From Wigglesworthia glossinidia endosymbiont of Glossina morsitans morsitans (Yale colony) (lineage in GTDB: Bacteria; Pseudomonadota; Gammaproteobacteria; Enterobacterales; Enterobacteriaceae): DNA of 32,000 nucleotides. Under the pieces are notes generated by a model. The model was not told where the DNA came from and searched no databases. It saw only the letters and a program-made list of their open reading frames with translations. Location: NCBI RefSeq assembly GCF_000247565.1, contig NC_016893.1, positions 540,001-572,000 of the forward strand, in the 5' to 3' direction. Position numbers and translations under genes: made by a program. Below, piece after piece: positions 1-8,404 of the stretch; within the stretch, counting starts at the first letter, position 1, and each line of letters starts with the position of its first letter.

Positions 1-1
1 T

Positions 2-985
2 ATTTTACTTTCAGATAAAAAAATTTCTAATATTCGCGAAATGCTTCCAATTTTAGAATCTGTTGCGAAAGCAGGAAAGCCTCTATTAATTATTGCTGAA
101 GACGTAGAAGGGGAAGCATTAGCAACATTAGTTGTAAATAATATGCGAGGAATTGTTAAAGTTGCAGCAGTGAAAGCACCAGGATTTGGAGATCGCAGAA
201 AAGCTATGCTACAAGATATAGCTATATTGACTTCAGGAACTGTGATTTCAGAAGAAATGGGATTAGAATTAGAAAAAGCTGCATTAGAAGATATGGGACA
301 AGCAAAACGAGTAGTAATTACAAAAGATACTACTACTATTATAGATGGAACAGGGGATAAAGCAGTAATAAGTAGCAGAGTATCGCAAATTAATCAAGAA
401 CGCGACGAAGCATCATCAGATTATGATCGAGAAAAGCTTCAAGAACGTGTAGCTAAATTAGCAGGCGGAGTAGCCGTAATTAAAGTAGGAGCAGCTACTG
501 AAGTTGAAATGAAAGAGAAAAAAGCTAGAGTAGAAGATGCTTTACATGCTACTCGTGCAGCAGTAGAAGAAGGAGTAGTTGCAGGAGGCGGCGTAGCTTT
601 AATTAGAGTTGCTAATCGTATTGTAAATTTAAGAGGAGAAAATGAAGATCAAAATGTTGGAATTAGAGTAGCACGACGTGCTATGGAAGCTCCACTTCGT
701 CAGATCGTAGCTAATGCAGGAGAAGAACCATCTGTAATTGCTAATAAAGTTAAAGCAGGAGAAGGCAATACAGGATATAATGCAGCTACCGAAGTATATG
801 GAAACATGATTGATATGGGAATTCTAGATCCAACTAAGGTAACGAGATCGGCATTACAATACGCAGCTTCTATAGCTGGCTTAATGATTACAACAGAATG
901 TATGATTACAGATCTTCCAAAAGAAGAAAAACCAGACATGAGTAATGCAGGAGCTGGAATGGGAGGAATGGGAGGTATGATGTAA
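2..985 (+). CDS. groL: 60 kDa chaperonin GroEL, C-terminal part (5' end lies outside the window)
   Basis: Frame open from base 2 ([47 protein letters not shown]...) and matching the GroEL apical/equatorial domains; ends with the typical GGMGGMM tail. Confidence 0.98.
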   Translation: MLLSDKKISNIREMLPILESVAKAGKPLLIIAEDVEGEALATLVVNNMRGIVKVAAVKAPGFGDRRKAMLQDIAILTSGTVISEEMGLELEKAALEDMGQAKRVVITKDTTTIIDGTGDKAVISSRVSQINQERDEASSDYDREKLQERVAKLAGGVAVIKVGAATEVEMKEKKARVEDALHATRAAVEEGVVAGGGVALIRVANRIVNLRGENEDQNVGIRVARRAMEAPLRQIVANAGEEPSVIANKVKAGEGNTGYNAATEVYGNMIDMGILDPTKVTRSALQYAASIAGLMITTECMITDLPKEEKPDMSNAGAGMGGMGGMM

Positions 986-1046
986 AAAATTCCTCATATT
1001 TTTTTCTTTAAGAATGAAAAATTTAAAAATTTAAATGTAAAAATTA

Positions 1047-1072
1047 GGCCTCAAACTAACTAGTTTGAGGCC
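1047..1072 (+). terminator. Rho-independent terminator downstream of groL
   Basis: Perfect inverted repeat GGCCTCAAACTA-AC-TAGTTTGAGGCC followed by GAAAATTTTTTT; unusually GC-rich for its surroundings and 61 bp after the groL stop. Confidence 0.88.
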
Positions 1073-1167
1073 GAAAATTTTTTTAAAAATATTTAAATAA
1101 ATAAATAATTTTTTTAACAAAATTAATATTAATTTTATTTTTATATAGCTAACATTTATGATTAATC

Positions 1168-1794
1168 ATGTATAAATTAATATTAAAAACTATTTTTTTG
1201 ATATATATTTTAATTGGCAATAATTTTAAAAATTTTGCTTATTCAAGTGAATACAAAAAGCTAGATTTTTTTATTTCTAGTCAATATCAAATTATAGAAT
1301 TTTTTTCTTTTTATTGCACATACTGTTATCAGTTTGACGAAATATATCAAATTGACAAGCAAATAAAAAATAATTTTTTGAAAAAAAATAAATTTATAAA
1401 ATATCATGTAGATTTTCTTGGCTCAATGGGCAAGGAACTAACAATTGCATGGACAATAGCAAATTTTTTTAATATAGAGGAAAAAATTAGTCCCGAATTA
1501 TTTCAAATAGTGCAAAATGTCAATAAAAACATTACAAAAAAAGATATTTGGTTAATTTTTGAAAAATTTGGAATCAACAAAACGCAATATGAATCTGCAA
1601 AAAATAGTTTTGCGGTAAAATTTTTTTTAAGTCAACAATATAATATTGAAAAAAAATTAGATCTCAAAAGTGTTCCAAGTATTATAGTAAACAATCAATT
1701 TATTATAAATAACGACGAAATTCATGCTAGTTCTATAGAAAATTACACCGAAAGATATATTAACATAATTAGAAATTTATTATCTAATAATTAA
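1168..1794 (+). CDS. dsbA: Periplasmic thiol:disulfide interchange protein DsbA, with variant CTYC active site
   Basis: 208 aa with an N-terminal hydrophobic signal; IIEFFSFYCTYCYQFDE, KYHVDFLGSMGKELTIAWTIA and cis-Pro VPSI match DsbA; followed by polA as in E. coli. Confidence 0.93.
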   Translation: MYKLILKTIFLIYILIGNNFKNFAYSSEYKKLDFFISSQYQIIEFFSFYCTYCYQFDEIYQIDKQIKNNFLKKNKFIKYHVDFLGSMGKELTIAWTIANFFNIEEKISPELFQIVQNVNKNITKKDIWLIFEKFGINKTQYESAKNSFAVKFFLSQQYNIEKKLDLKSVPSIIVNNQFIINNDEIHASSIENYTERYINIIRNLLSNN

Positions 1795-1849
1795 TATTAT
1801 CTAAAATAGAACTATCTTATATAAAAATTATATAAGTAAATTTTTAATT

Positions 1850-2671
1850 ATGAATTATATAAATGAAAAAATTATATTAATAGATGGTTCCATATATTTA
1901 TATCGTGCATATTATGGATTGCCTAATTTAAAAAATAAATTAGGACAACCAATAGGTGCTCTTTACGGAATGATTAGCATGATAAAAAAAATATTAAAAA
2001 AATATAATCCTTATTATATAGCTATAATATTTGATTCAGGAAAATGTAATTATAGAAGTCAAATATATGAATTATATAAAAAAAACAGAAACAAAATGCC
2101 AGATGATTTATATGTTCAAATACCCAGAATAAAAAAAATACTTAAAAAAATGGGATTATCTATTTTTTCCATTGAAGGTACAGAAGCTGATGATATTATT
2201 GGAACAATATCAAAATTATTAGAAAATCAAGGAAGAAAAACACTTATATTTACTAATGATAAAGATATGATGCAATTAGTATCAAATAATATAAACATAA
2301 TTCATGTCAGCTCTTATCAAAGATTTGATCCTTATGCCGTATATTTAAAATATAGAGTCTTTCCGCATGTAATTTCTGATTATCTTGCTTTGGTAGGAGA
2401 TGCATCAGATAATATTCCAGGAGCTCCTGGAATAGGAAAAAAAGCAGCCTCAATTTTATTATCTCAATTTTATTCTATTGAAGGCATTTACGAAAATATT
2501 AACAATATTAAAAATATGAATTTTTTTAATAAAAATAAAATAATTAAGTCTTTACAGAATAATAGATCTAAAATATTTAAGTATCATAAATTAACTAGAA
2601 TTAATACTGATATTAAAATAAGATTTTCTATTAAAGATATTAAATTAAAACATCAAAAATCTTATTATTAA
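1850..2671 (+). CDS. polA: DNA polymerase I-derived 5'-3' exonuclease (Klenow portion absent)
   Basis: 273 aa: LIDGSIYLYRAYYGLP, AIIFDSGKCNYRSQIYE, EGTEADDIIGTI, TNDKDMMQLV and ALVGDASDNIPGAPGIGKKAA match the PolA N-terminal exonuclease domain; no proofreading or polymerase domain follows. Confidence 0.93.
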   Translation: MNYINEKIILIDGSIYLYRAYYGLPNLKNKLGQPIGALYGMISMIKKILKKYNPYYIAIIFDSGKCNYRSQIYELYKKNRNKMPDDLYVQIPRIKKILKKMGLSIFSIEGTEADDIIGTISKLLENQGRKTLIFTNDKDMMQLVSNNINIIHVSSYQRFDPYAVYLKYRVFPHVISDYLALVGDASDNIPGAPGIGKKAASILLSQFYSIEGIYENINNIKNMNFFNKNKIIKSLQNNRSKIFKYHKLTRINTDIKIRFSIKDIKLKHQKSYY

Positions 2672-2796
2672 TAATAATATTTTATATTTTAATTTTCATA
2701 ATTATTTTATAAAATGTGAATTTTTTATTTTTTAAAAAATAAAGTTTATTGATTTCATTAAAATAAGGTTAAAGATTATTTAAAATCAAAAAAACC

Positions 2797-3138
2797 TTAT
2801 TTAAGCGATTTCAAAGTTCCCTTTGGAAAAATATTAGTAATACAATCTTTTTTAATTATTATTAAATTGTTTTCGTACAATTCTAATAAAATATAATTTA
2901 TATCTATAATTTTTATTATTTTCCCAATAATTCCCGAAGAAGTAAGCACTTCGTCTCCTTTCGCTAAAGAAGTAATTAATTTTTTATGTACATTAGCTCT
3001 TTTTTGTTGAGGTCTTAAAATAATAAAATAAAAAACAATACCAAATATTAATAGCATTATTAATAGCGTATATGGGTTATTTTGTGTATTTGGAATTGGA
3101 TTTTTATCGAAATTTATGTTGTCAAAAAATACATTCAT
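2797..3138 (-). CDS. yajC: Sec translocon accessory subunit YajC
   Basis: 113 aa with one TM segment followed by FYFIILRPQQKR...HKKLITSLAKGDEVLTSSGIIGKI, the YajC signature. Confidence 0.93.
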   Translation of the reverse strand: MNVFFDNINFDKNPIPNTQNNPYTLLIMLLIFGIVFYFIILRPQQKRANVHKKLITSLAKGDEVLTSSGIIGKIIKIIDINYILLELYENNLIIIKKDCITNIFPKGTLKSLK

Positions 3139-3536
3139 TATATTTTATCTCGGAAAATATTGTAACTTGTATATTATTTTTATTTTTTTTTAAAATTTTG
3201 AATTATACTGAATTCTATTTATTTTGATTTCATTTTTTAATTAATCAAATTAAATTTAACTAATATCTTAAAAAGAACCTACTTATTTCTAATAAGATTT
3301 TTTTATTACCGTGATTATAGTATAAAATATATATGTTTTAAATACTTTATAATAAATTTATCAAAATTTTAACTTTATAAAAGTTTATATTTAAAATGAA
3401 ATATCTTTTCAAAAGATAATAATAAATTTTTTTACATTAGTAATGTATATAGATTTACAATCTGTTAACTTAGATTGAAGTTAAATAAACTTCTATCATT
3501 AATAATATTTTCAATATAATTTATTTGGTCAAATAT

Positions 3537-5282
3537 ATGTCAAAAAAAAATTTTTCTACTTGGCGTATTTTTTGTCGTTTATGGTCTATCATTTCACCTT
3601 TTAAAGGAGGGTTAATTATTGCAACAATAGCTCTAATAATTAACGCTACAAGTGATACGCTTATGTTATCTTTACTTAAACCTTTATTAGATGATGGATT
3701 TAAAGGACTTAATAATATCATTCCTATTTGGATGCCTCTTACAATTATCGTTTTAATGTGTTCTCGAGGTAGTAGCGGATTTATATCGAATTATTGTTTA
3801 TCTTGGGTGTCTGGAAAAGTAGTTATGCGTATGCGAAAAAATCTATTTCAACATATTATGCAAATGCCTGTATCTTTTTTTGATCGAAAATCAACTGGTA
3901 CACTATTATCGCATATTACTTATGATACAGAACAAGTTGCATCATCATCTTCCAGTGTATTGATTACTGTTGTACGAGAAGGATCATTAATAATTGGATT
4001 ATTTTTTATGATATTTTATCATAGTTGGCAACTATCATCTATTTTAATCGTAATCACTCCTATAGTATTTTTTTTTATTAAATATATCTCTAAAAAATTT
4101 AGAAAAATTAACAAAAAAATTCAAAACAATATGGGCATGGTTACTAATAGTGCAGAACAAATGTTAAAAGGTCACAAAGAAATTCGTATTTTTGGTGGTC
4201 AAAAAAAAGAAAGCGAACGTTTTAATTATTTTAGTAATTTCATGAGACAACAAAGCATGAAAGTAGTAGTAGCATCTGCTGGATTAGACGTTATTATACA
4301 ATTTATTGCATCTTTAGCATTAGCAGGAATATTATATATCGCTAGTTTGCCTAAAGTTATAGAAAGTTTAACAGCAGGAACGATTACAGTAATTTTTTCT
4401 TCTATGATCGCGTTAATGCGTCCATTAAAATCGTTAACAAATGTAAACTCACATTTTCAAAAAGGCATGGTGGCATGTCAAACGTTGTTTTCTATATTAG
4501 ATATTCAAAAAGAACAAGATTACGGATCTCTACACATTAAAAGAGCACGAGGCGAAATTAAGTTTAAAAATGTTACATTTACTTATCCCGGGAAAACTCA
4601 GCCATCCTTAAAAAATATTAATATTAAAATTTCAGCAGGATACACTGTTGCTTTAATTGGATCTTCTGGTTCAGGAAAATCAACTTTAATAAATTTATTA
4701 ACTAGATTTTATGATGCGAATCAAGGCACTATTTTTCTTGATAATATCGATTTAAAAAAATATAAATTAGATAACTTAAGAAATCAGATGGCTTTAGTAT
4801 CACAAAATGTGTATTTATTTAACGATACTATAGCAAATAATATTGCATATGCAAAAAAAGATATTTATTCTAAAAAACAAATTGAAAAAGCTGCTTCTAT
4901 GGCATATGCAATGAATTTTATTATTAAAATGAAAAACGGATTAAATACAATTATAGGTGAAAATGGTACGTTATTATCTGGAGGACAACGTCAAAGAATT
5001 GCGATTGCAAGAGCTCTATTACGCGATTGTCCGATTTTAATTCTCGATGAAGCTACATCTGCTTTAGATATAGAATCTGAAATAGCTATACAAAAAGCAC
5101 TAAATAAACTGAAAAAAAATCGTACATCTCTAATTATAGCACATCGTATTTCTACTATAAAAAAATCTGATATAATATTATTAGTAGAAAACGGAAAAAT
5201 AATAGAACATGGCAATCATCATGAACTTATGGAACTCCAAGGGACATATGCTCATATGCACTATCTGCAATTGGGTAAATAA
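3537..5282 (+). CDS. msbA: Lipid A export permease/ATP-binding protein MsbA (ATG start preferred over TTG at 3525)
   Basis: MSKKNFSTWRIFCRLWSIISPFKGG..., SDTLMLSLLKPLLDDGF, Walker A GSSGSGKST, signature LLSGGQRQRIAIARALL, Walker B ILILDEATSALD; next to lpxK as in E. coli. Confidence 0.97.
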   Translation: MSKKNFSTWRIFCRLWSIISPFKGGLIIATIALIINATSDTLMLSLLKPLLDDGFKGLNNIIPIWMPLTIIVLMCSRGSSGFISNYCLSWVSGKVVMRMRKNLFQHIMQMPVSFFDRKSTGTLLSHITYDTEQVASSSSSVLITVVREGSLIIGLFFMIFYHSWQLSSILIVITPIVFFFIKYISKKFRKINKKIQNNMGMVTNSAEQMLKGHKEIRIFGGQKKESERFNYFSNFMRQQSMKVVVASAGLDVIIQFIASLALAGILYIASLPKVIESLTAGTITVIFSSMIALMRPLKSLTNVNSHFQKGMVACQTLFSILDIQKEQDYGSLHIKRARGEIKFKNVTFTYPGKTQPSLKNINIKISAGYTVALIGSSGSGKSTLINLLTRFYDANQGTIFLDNIDLKKYKLDNLRNQMALVSQNVYLFNDTIANNIAYAKKDIYSKKQIEKAASMAYAMNFIIKMKNGLNTIIGENGTLLSGGQRQRIAIARALLRDCPILILDEATSALDIESEIAIQKALNKLKKNRTSLIIAHRISTIKKSDIILLVENGKIIEHGNHHELMELQGTYAHMHYLQLGK

Positions 5283-6331
5283 CAAAAAATATCGAATTAA
5301 AAGATTTTTTGTATCTTTTATCGAATATATTTGGTTTCAAAAAACTATATTCATATTTTTTTTATTTCCATTTTCAATGATATATTTATGTGTTACTAAA
5401 TTTATTCATATTTTATACAAAATTGGTTATAAAAAAATAAAAAAATTCGAAATTCCGATTATAGTTATAGGCAATATTACCGTTGGAGGCAATGGGAAAA
5501 CACCTTTAGTAATATGGTTATGTGAACAACTAAAAAAAAAAATTGGCAAGTAGGCGTAGTTTCAAGAGGATATGGCAGAAAAAATAAAAAAATTTCTGTA
5601 ATTGTTGATAAAAATACGACGCATGAAGAATGCGGAGATGAGCCGGCAATAATATATAACAAACTTCATATACCTGTTGCAGTAAGTTCTAATCGAATAG
5701 AAGCAGTAAATATGTTATTGAAATTAAACAATCTAGACGTTATTATTTCTGATGATGGTTTGCAACATTATTCAATGGGTCGATCTATTGAATGGATAGC
5801 AGTAGATTATAAAAAAAAATTCGGAAATAATTTGCTTTTACCAGCAGGACCAATGCGAGAAACAAAAAATAAGTTATTTTCTGTAGAAAACGTAATTTTA
5901 AACGGATTTTGTATAAAATATAATAAAAATGTTCAAGCTAGATTTTATCATAAAAATTTTGCTATTAATTTAGTAACTAATAAAAAAAAAAATTATCACA
6001 CTTATTCCCACTTGTTGCTATAGCAGGAATTAGCAATCCAGGGAAATTTTTTAATATGCTACGAGATAGTAAAATATATCCTGTAAAAGAAATTAGTTTT
6101 TTAGATCATCAAAAATATCAGGAAAATATGCTTACTATCCTTACTTCAAAAGAAGAACAATTATTAATGACAGAAAAAGATGCAATAAAATGCAAAAAAT
6201 TTGCAAAAAATAATTGGTGGTATATACCTATATATGTTTGCATTAATAAAAAATTCAAAAAAGTTTTATTAAAACCAATAGAAAATAAAATAAAAAAATA
6301 TCGCAAAAAATTTAAAAAAATTTCTTATTAA
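5248..6331 (+). pseudogene. lpxK: Tetraacyldisaccharide 4'-kinase LpxK, interrupted by two frameshifts at A11 tracts (possibly rescued by slippage); start codon uncertain
   Basis: Frame 1: IVIGNITVGGNGKTPLVIWLCEQLKKK; frame 0 from about 5541: NWQVGVVSRGYGRKNKK...GDEPAIIYNKLHIPVAVSSNRIEA...ISDDGLQHYSMGRSIEW...LLLPAGPMRE; frame 2 from about 5993: LSHLFPLVAIAGISNPGKFFNML...FLDHQKY...LLMTEKDAIKCKKFAKNNWWYIPI. Together these cover LpxK. Flanked by msbA and ycaR/kdsB as in E. coli. Confidence 0.9.
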
Positions 6332-6361
6332 ATTTTAAATTGTTAATCTTAGGATTATTGT

Positions 6362-6526
6362 ATGGATCAAAAATTGTTAAATATTATTGCTTGTCCAATA
6401 TGTTATGGTAAATTAATTTTTTGTTCAGAAAAACAAGAACTGATTTGCAAATTAGATTTAGTAGCATTTCCTATTCATGAAGGTATTCCTATTTTAATAA
6501 AAAATGCAAGTTATTCAATAAAATAA
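6362..6526 (+). CDS. ycaR: YcaR/Trm112-family small zinc-ribbon-like protein (too short for the ORF track)
   Basis: Translation [54 protein letters not shown] (54 aa) matches E. coli YcaR; sits between lpxK and kdsB as expected. Confidence 0.9.
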   Translation: MDQKLLNIIACPICYGKLIFCSEKQELICKLDLVAFPIHEGIPILIKNASYSIK

Positions 6527-6542
6527 ATAATAAGGCAAAATA

Positions 6543-7277
6543 ATGAATTTTATTATTATTATACCTGCAAGATTGTTATCAACCCGATTTCCTAATAAAC
6601 CTTTAGTGAAAATCGGCGGAAAACCGATGATAATAAGAACAATAGAATCTGCAGAACAATCAGGAGCAAAACGTATAATTGTTGCAACTGATCATCAGAA
6701 AATTGCAGATATGGTAAAAAAAAGCGGTAAAGAAGTTTATATAACAAAGAAACAACATAATTCTGGAACAGAAAGATTGTTTGAAGTGATCGAAAATTTC
6801 AAATTTGAAGATAATCAAATTGTTGTTAACCTACAAGTAGACGAACCATTTATTCCAGGTTGTGTAATAAAAAAAGTTGTGAATATTTTAAATAATAAAA
6901 ACGTAGATGTTTCTACTTTAGCTATTCCAACAAATAAAAAAGTAGAAATTTTTAATCCAAATACCGTAAAAGTGATTACTGATGCTTCTGGAAATGCTTT
7001 GTATTTTTCTCGTTCTGTAATTCCATGGTGCAAAAATTATAAATCTTTTAAATCAGTTTTTTTGAGGCACATAGGTATTTATGCATATCATGCAAAGTTC
7101 ATTCGTCTATATGTTAAATTATTACCTGTAAAAATAGAAAAATTAGAAAATTTAGAGCAATTAAGAATTTTATGGTATAGAAAAAAAATATATGTTTTAA
7201 TTGAAAATGTTCGTGAATGTATTAGTATTAATACTCCAGAAGATCTGAAACACATCAATAAATTTTTTAAATTTTAA
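6543..7277 (+). CDS. kdsB: 3-deoxy-manno-octulosonate cytidylyltransferase
   Basis: 244 aa: FIIIIPARLLSTRFPNKPLVKIGGKPMI, RIIVATDH, SGTERL, NPNTVKVI, ALYFSRSVIPW, GIYAYHAKFI, LEQLRILWY, INTPEDL. Confidence 0.96.
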   Translation: MNFIIIIPARLLSTRFPNKPLVKIGGKPMIIRTIESAEQSGAKRIIVATDHQKIADMVKKSGKEVYITKKQHNSGTERLFEVIENFKFEDNQIVVNLQVDEPFIPGCVIKKVVNILNNKNVDVSTLAIPTNKKVEIFNPNTVKVITDASGNALYFSRSVIPWCKNYKSFKSVFLRHIGIYAYHAKFIRLYVKLLPVKIEKLENLEQLRILWYRKKIYVLIENVRECISINTPEDLKHINKFFKF

Positions 7278-7300
7278 CAATTCAAATTTTTAAAAAATTT

Positions 7301-7645
7301 TTATAAACGTTCTTTAACTCTTGCAGATTTTCCAGATTTGTATCTTAAATAATATAATTTTGATTTTCTTACAATACTATGACGTTGCACAATAAAGCTT
7401 TCAATAATAGGAGAATGTATATGAAATAAGCGCTCTACTCCTTCGCCATTTGATATCTTTCTTAAAGTAATTGAAGAGCTAATATGTTTATTTTTCATTG
7501 CAATTATCATGCCTTCAAATATTTGAATTCTTTTCTTTTCTCCTTCTACAATCCATAATCTAATTTTTACAATGTCTCCTGAGCAAAATTTTGGTAAATT
7601 TTTTTTTATTTGAAAATCGTTTATAGATTTTATAATATTATTCAT
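7301..7645 (-). CDS. rplS: 50S ribosomal protein L19
   Basis: 114 aa: GDIVKIRLWIVEGEKKRIQIFEGMIIAMKN...FTLRKISNGEGVERLFHIHSPIIESF-type L19 sequence; last gene of the rpsP-rimM-trmD-rplS order. Confidence 0.96.
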   Translation of the reverse strand: MNNIIKSINDFQIKKNLPKFCSGDIVKIRLWIVEGEKKRIQIFEGMIIAMKNKHISSSITLRKISNGEGVERLFHIHSPIIESFIVQRHSIVRKSKLYYLRYKSGKSARVKERL

Positions 7646-8400
7646 TTTCTGAATACCTCTTTTTTTTGATAAAATTCAAATTGGAACTCGTGTAAAAGTT
7701 TTTTTTGTTTATATGTTAAATTTATATTATCTAGCAATTTTGGTTTTTTTATCCACGTTTGTCCTAATGCATGTTTTAATCTCCATTCTGCTATTTTTTT
7801 ATGATTTCCTGATAATAATACTGAAGGAACTTTCATGTTGTTAAACATTTTTGGATATGTATAATCTGGACAGCTTAAAATTCCATTAAAAAAAGAATCT
7901 GTTGTATAAGATTTTTTTTTTAGTACTCCTGGAATCATTCTTGAAATAGCATCAATTAAAATCATTGCAGCTAATTCTCCTCCACTTAAAATATAATCCC
8001 CTATGGAGATTTCTTCATCTACTTCAGAAAAAATTATACGTTCATCAATGCCTTTATATCTTCCGCATATTATAAGTAATTTTTTATTTTTCAATAATTG
8101 TACAATTTTAAATTGATTTAATAAATCTCCTTTTGGAGAAACGTATATAGTTTTTATTTGAGATCCCAATTCTTTTTTTGCTGTGAGGATTGTATTCTGT
8201 AATGGTTTAGGTTGCATTAACATTCCAGAACCTCCTCCATATATTTTATGATCAATTTTTCTTCTTTTATTTTCTGAATAATCTCTAGGATTCCAAAAAC
8301 TTAAATTTAAATAATTTTTTTTTAATATATTTTTAATAATTCCATGATTCATAAAATCATAAAACATACTAGGAAATATTGTAATTATACCAATTTGCAT
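7642..8400 (-). CDS. trmD: tRNA (guanine-N1)-methyltransferase TrmD
   Basis: 252 aa: MQIGIITIFPSMF, YGGGSGMLMQP, CGRYKGIDER, SIGDYILSGGELAAM, DSFFNGILSCPDYTYP, PSVLLSGNHKKI. Confidence 0.96.
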   Translation of the reverse strand: MQIGIITIFPSMFYDFMNHGIIKNILKKNYLNLSFWNPRDYSENKRRKIDHKIYGGGSGMLMQPKPLQNTILTAKKELGSQIKTIYVSPKGDLLNQFKIVQLLKNKKLLIICGRYKGIDERIIFSEVDEEISIGDYILSGGELAAMILIDAISRMIPGVLKKKSYTTDSFFNGILSCPDYTYPKMFNNMKVPSVLLSGNHKKIAEWRLKHALGQTWIKKPKLLDNINLTYKQKKLLHEFQFEFYQKKEVFRK

Positions 8401-8404
8401 GATT

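Noticed and set aside
700-939. Antisense 79-aa ORF inside groL
   Set aside because: Shadow ORF on the reverse strand of a strongly conserved GroEL coding region; no recognisable protein similarity.
3521-3721. Antisense ORFs within msbA (3521-3721 and 4991-5215)
   Set aside because: Reverse-frame shadows of conserved MsbA coding sequence.
5477-6306. Antisense ORFs 5477-5662 and 6118-6306 over lpxK
   Set aside because: They overlap recognisable LpxK-coding segments on the plus strand and show no independent similarity.
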